This document shows positions 61,087 through 64,000 of a stretch of DNA of 64,000 nucleotides, piece after piece. Origin of the DNA: Desulfobulbaceae bacterium UBA5121 (lineage in GTDB: Bacteria > Desulfobacterota > Desulfobulbia > Desulfobulbales > UBA5123); assembly GCA_002414225.1 (NCBI GenBank), contig DHYV01000019.1, positions 54,907-118,906 of the forward strand. The letters are read 5' to 3'. The position numbers were made by a program, and so were the translations under genes. Under the pieces are notes generated by a model that made no database searches, was not told the origin of the DNA, and was given only the letters and a program-made list of their open reading frames with translations. Every line of letters begins with the position of its first letter. Position 1 is the stretch's first letter.

Positions 61087-61219
61087 CCACCTTAGAGGAT
61101 GCATGCAGAGCCGGTCATTGGGAGCACCGGTTGGGCAAGATCGAAAGGGAGGGCCGTTTCCGGCTCGGGCGCGAAAGTTGGGTTACAACCTACAACCGAA
61201 ACGGGGCCTGACGGTCCAG

Positions 61220-63148
61220 TCAGTTCACGGCAAACAGCAGCTGGTCGATGATAAAGTCCCGGATACCTGTTTTCTCTTCGGAAACCTTGCCGCCGCTGAT
61301 GTCGAGCCTCTTGACGAGAAAACCGTACTTGTAGACATCGGCCTCAGCGTGGTTCCCTAGGTTCTCGGTGTCGATGGAGACGTCCCGGTCATTGAATTTC
61401 CGGGCATAGTAGTCAAGGGCCAGGCGCTGGGTGTCTGTCGGGGCCGGACCGTTGCGGCCTGCTGCCACCGTCGAGCTGATGGCCGTTGGCGCAGTGGTGG
61501 CGGTGCTCCAGATTCGGGGCCTGGTAAAGGAAAAGGACTCGACATAGCCGGCCAGCAGGAGAATCAGAACCAGGATGGCCATCCCCGTGGTTTGCTGGTT
61601 GAAGCCGCCGAAGAACCCGGAAGAGACAACGATGGCGCAGGTCATGTCATGGTCGACCACCCCCACCGCACAGCTCTTCCTGGTGGCGGAGAGGACCGCC
61701 GCCACCATGTTGACGGCAAGCAGGATGAGGACCACGGTCATGAAGCCGTGCATGAAGGCGTTGTCCTTGAGGGTCATGGGGATGTTGGAGTTGCTGAAGA
61801 TCCGGCTCGCGTTGGGGAAGCCATTGGCGGCCAGGTAACCGTGTTCAAGACTGGTGAACACCAGGCCCGAGATGTTTACCCCAAAGATGAGGCCCAGGGA
61901 GCGGGTCATGTTCAGCAGGCCGCCGGCCATGCCGAGTTTGTCGACCGGGGCAACGCCCATGATGGCGCTGTTGTTGGAGGGGATGAAGATGCCGAGCCCC
62001 AGTCCAAAAAAGATCATCAGCCCGACGATGCCCGAAAGATTCGCCGACTCGCCCCTGTAGAACAGCCACAGACAGGCCAGGGCCGAGATGAGCATGCCGA
62101 CGGTGGAGATGATCCGTGAGCCGTATCTGTCCGCAATCCGCCCCGCCACCGGTGCCGCCACGGCCATGGCAAGGAGCAGCGGCATCAGGAGTACGCCGGT
62201 GAGCGCCACGCTGTAGCTGCGCACCCTTTCCAGGTAAAACGGCATCAGGAACATCAGGGCGAAGAGGACGTAGTAGGAAAGCATGCCACTGATATTGCCG
62301 AGCAGGAAGGTGGAGTTCTTGAAGAGCCGGAGATCGATGAGCGGTTCCTTCTCCTTGAGTTCGGTGACCACGAAGAGCGCCAGCATGATCACGCCACAGA
62401 CAAAGTAGGCGAGAATGGTGTGCGACTCCCAGCCGAGCTTGACCGCTTCATTCAAGGCCAACAGCAGACTGCCCAGACCGGCGGCGAAGAGGGCGGCGCC
62501 CAGGTAGTCCACCCGCACGTGTTGCTTCTTGGCGTCTGCCGGCAGGATAAGGAGCGCGGCCACCATGCCGAGCATTCCGATGGGAATGTTCACATAGAAG
62601 ATGGCGCGCCAGCCCACGGCGGTGATCAGGATGCCGCCCAGAAAGGGTGCGACGGCCATTGCCACCGCCTGCACCGCCCCCTGGATGCCGATGGCTTTGC
62701 CTCTTTCGGTGGCCGGAAAAGCCTGGGTGATGATCGCCACCGAGTTGGCTTGCAGCAGCCCAGCCCCCATGGCCTGGAGGACGCGGGCGCCGATAAGGAA
62801 TTCGGCGCTGGGCGCCAGACCGCAGAGCAGCGAGCCGGCCGAGAAGACGACAAAGCCGATGTTATAGAGCTTCGACTTGCCGTAGATGTCGGCAAGCCTC
62901 CCAAAGAGCGGCAGAAAGATGGTCAGGGCAAGCATGTAGGCCACGGCCACCCATTCGATAAGCCCCATGGAGACATTGAATCCCCTCTTCAAGGTGGGCA
63001 TCGCGACACTGACGATGCTGACGTCCAGCGCGGACATGGTTGCGCCGAGCAGGACGGTCCAAAGAATGAACCACTTTCTGCCCGGGTGTGATGAAAAACG
63101 GGCCCGCCATTGTGCGCGGGCCCGGCTCAAATAGATATTAGCGTTCAT
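61220..63148 (-). CDS. MFS transporter, DHA2 family, with an extra C-terminal TM helix and a 106-aa soluble tail
   Basis: 642 aa with LDVSIVSVAMPTL and GRLADIYGK. Collinear with the 59079..60596 paralogue up to about aa 490, then an extra helix MAILVLILLLAGYV and a tail ending ...FIIDQLLFAVN. AAGGAGA RBS. Confidence 0.9.
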   Translation of the reverse strand: MNANIYLSRARAQWRARFSSHPGRKWFILWTVLLGATMSALDVSIVSVAMPTLKRGFNVSMGLIEWVAVAYMLALTIFLPLFGRLADIYGKSKLYNIGFVVFSAGSLLCGLAPSAEFLIGARVLQAMGAGLLQANSVAIITQAFPATERGKAIGIQGAVQAVAMAVAPFLGGILITAVGWRAIFYVNIPIGMLGMVAALLILPADAKKQHVRVDYLGAALFAAGLGSLLLALNEAVKLGWESHTILAYFVCGVIMLALFVVTELKEKEPLIDLRLFKNSTFLLGNISGMLSYYVLFALMFLMPFYLERVRSYSVALTGVLLMPLLLAMAVAAPVAGRIADRYGSRIISTVGMLISALACLWLFYRGESANLSGIVGLMIFFGLGLGIFIPSNNSAIMGVAPVDKLGMAGGLLNMTRSLGLIFGVNISGLVFTSLEHGYLAANGFPNASRIFSNSNIPMTLKDNAFMHGFMTVVLILLAVNMVAAVLSATRKSCAVGVVDHDMTCAIVVSSGFFGGFNQQTTGMAILVLILLLAGYVESFSFTRPRIWSTATTAPTAISSTVAAGRNGPAPTDTQRLALDYYARKFNDRDVSIDTENLGNHAEADVYKYGFLVKRLDISGGKVSEEKTGIRDFIIDQLLFAVN

Positions 63149-63218
63149 GGCACGTCTCCTTCCCTTCTGGGTCGGCCTTTCGGTCGCCTTATCCGTATAA
63201 GGGTTTTTTATCCTGTCC

Positions 63219-63247
63219 GATAATTAATTAGTGCATTCTTCATGCAA
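63219..63247 (-). promoter_or_regulatory. candidate sigma70 promoter for the long MFS gene
   Basis: Minus strand TTGCAT (63247-63242), a 17-nt spacer, then AATTAT (63224-63219), in an AT-rich stretch. Confidence 0.3.
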
Positions 63248-64000
63248 CGTATGTTAAATTACCAGTTCATGTCACATGAGGCGTGTGGCGGCAAGCTTGA
63301 TGTCGCTCGCGCCGGACAACTGGCGGTTTTGCGCCGGATCGCTACTGCTACCGGCAGTGGTCGAACATTACCGTGAGTCCGTGGTTATGTAATCTGGTGC
63401 GGCATAAGGCCCACCAGCTCTATCATGACCTCCACGGTTGATCACGGTCGCCTTTGTACCAGGGACAGGTATGGAGCAAAGGCGCAGTACGACACTTTGG
63501 GTTGTACGTAAAAAACTCACAAATGTTGTTGTGGACGGGCGTCCCGCATCCACGACGCCAAAAAAACGTAACGACGTTGGGCGCCGCCTGTAACGGCCGG
63601 CGTTGACTGTCTCTTGCGATTCCTCGTTGCGTCCGGTTCCAACTCCCCGATGAGTCGGTTCGGAATCCTGCCAAGGTTCACCACCTCGGCCGCTGGCTCT
63701 CGCCGGACGCACCACCTCACGAGCAAGGTTACAGAACCCTGCGATTATCGCAGCGTCGTTCTGGCGAACCCCGACGCTTCTTTCAAAGATCCGTCGGCGA
63801 CCTTGTCGGTCACCTCTGGTTTCGAAATCATTACACCAAGTTAATCTTGGCAACCGGAACCTTTATCAATTTCCCAACACCTCAATTTATTCCACTTTCG
63901 CGACTCGTCAATACCTTTTTTGCGAAAAATTGCAACAATCGGATGGAGCGTGGCCTGTAAGGCAGGTTGCGGCTGATTTTCGTTTCTGGTGGGGGCGTGA

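Noticed and set aside
63368-63853. 161-aa minus-strand ORF, and a test of the region for tmRNA, RNase P, cobalamin riboswitch and group II intron signatures
   Set aside because: The ORF product is Arg/Gly-rich with no motif. I found no GAGGAAAGUCCGG (RNase P), no tRNA-like acceptor/T-arm end (tmRNA), no B12 box and no domain-V-like GAGCCGUAU...ACGGUUC. The region is kept only as an unexplained-region finding.

Overview
GC-rich chromosomal window. The gene content (type-B succinate dehydrogenase/fumarate reductase sdhCAB, monomeric isocitrate dehydrogenase, multiheme cytochromes, selenoprotein glycine-reductase genes) suggests an anaerobic Desulfobacterota/deltaproteobacterial-type organism; that is inference only. 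I support about 45 protein-coding genes. No rRNA, tRNA, CRISPR array, transposase or integrase was recognised. Core metabolism genes: DAHP synthase (3' fragment), phosphomannomutase, icd, sdhCAB, ygiQ, csp, aroK, aroC, a glgA-like gene, gap and ald. The strongest hidden signal is two selenocysteine (in-frame UGA) genes that the ORF track cannot show. A grdB-like gene is split at 45681-45683 and reads UxxCxxC with a SECIS-like hairpin. A complete grdA gene (45949..46404, minus strand) carries CFVU and is only partly present in the track. Together with grdE-like and grdC-like genes they form a convergent glycine/sarcosine/betaine-reductase-type cluster with no grdD or thioredoxin genes in the window, next to a NitT/TauT-type ABC importer. 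Other unusual items: (1) a TM-less ClpB-D2-like AAA + FtsH-like AAA + M41 peptidase in which both Walker B glutamates are replaced, coupled to a CxxCxxCC (YkgJ-type) gene; (2) two tandem 12-heme cytochromes built from three four-heme modules; (3) a 1418-aa protein with a roughly 915-aa unassigned N-terminus fused to PPDK nucleotide-binding and phosphohistidine domains but no PEP/pyruvate barrel; (4) an operon of a ferritin-like protein, a sensor-less class III cyclase and a MBL-fold protein; (5) an ABC exporter with a roughly 240-aa insertion inside its nucleotide-binding domain and a Pro/Arg-rich tail, upstream of a secreted EF-hand protein; (6) a zinc-ribbon mini-protein immediately upstream of a RimK-type ATP-grasp gene; (7) several long unexplained spacers with G/C homopolymer tracts. 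All family names come from motif recognition by eye. No database search was run.
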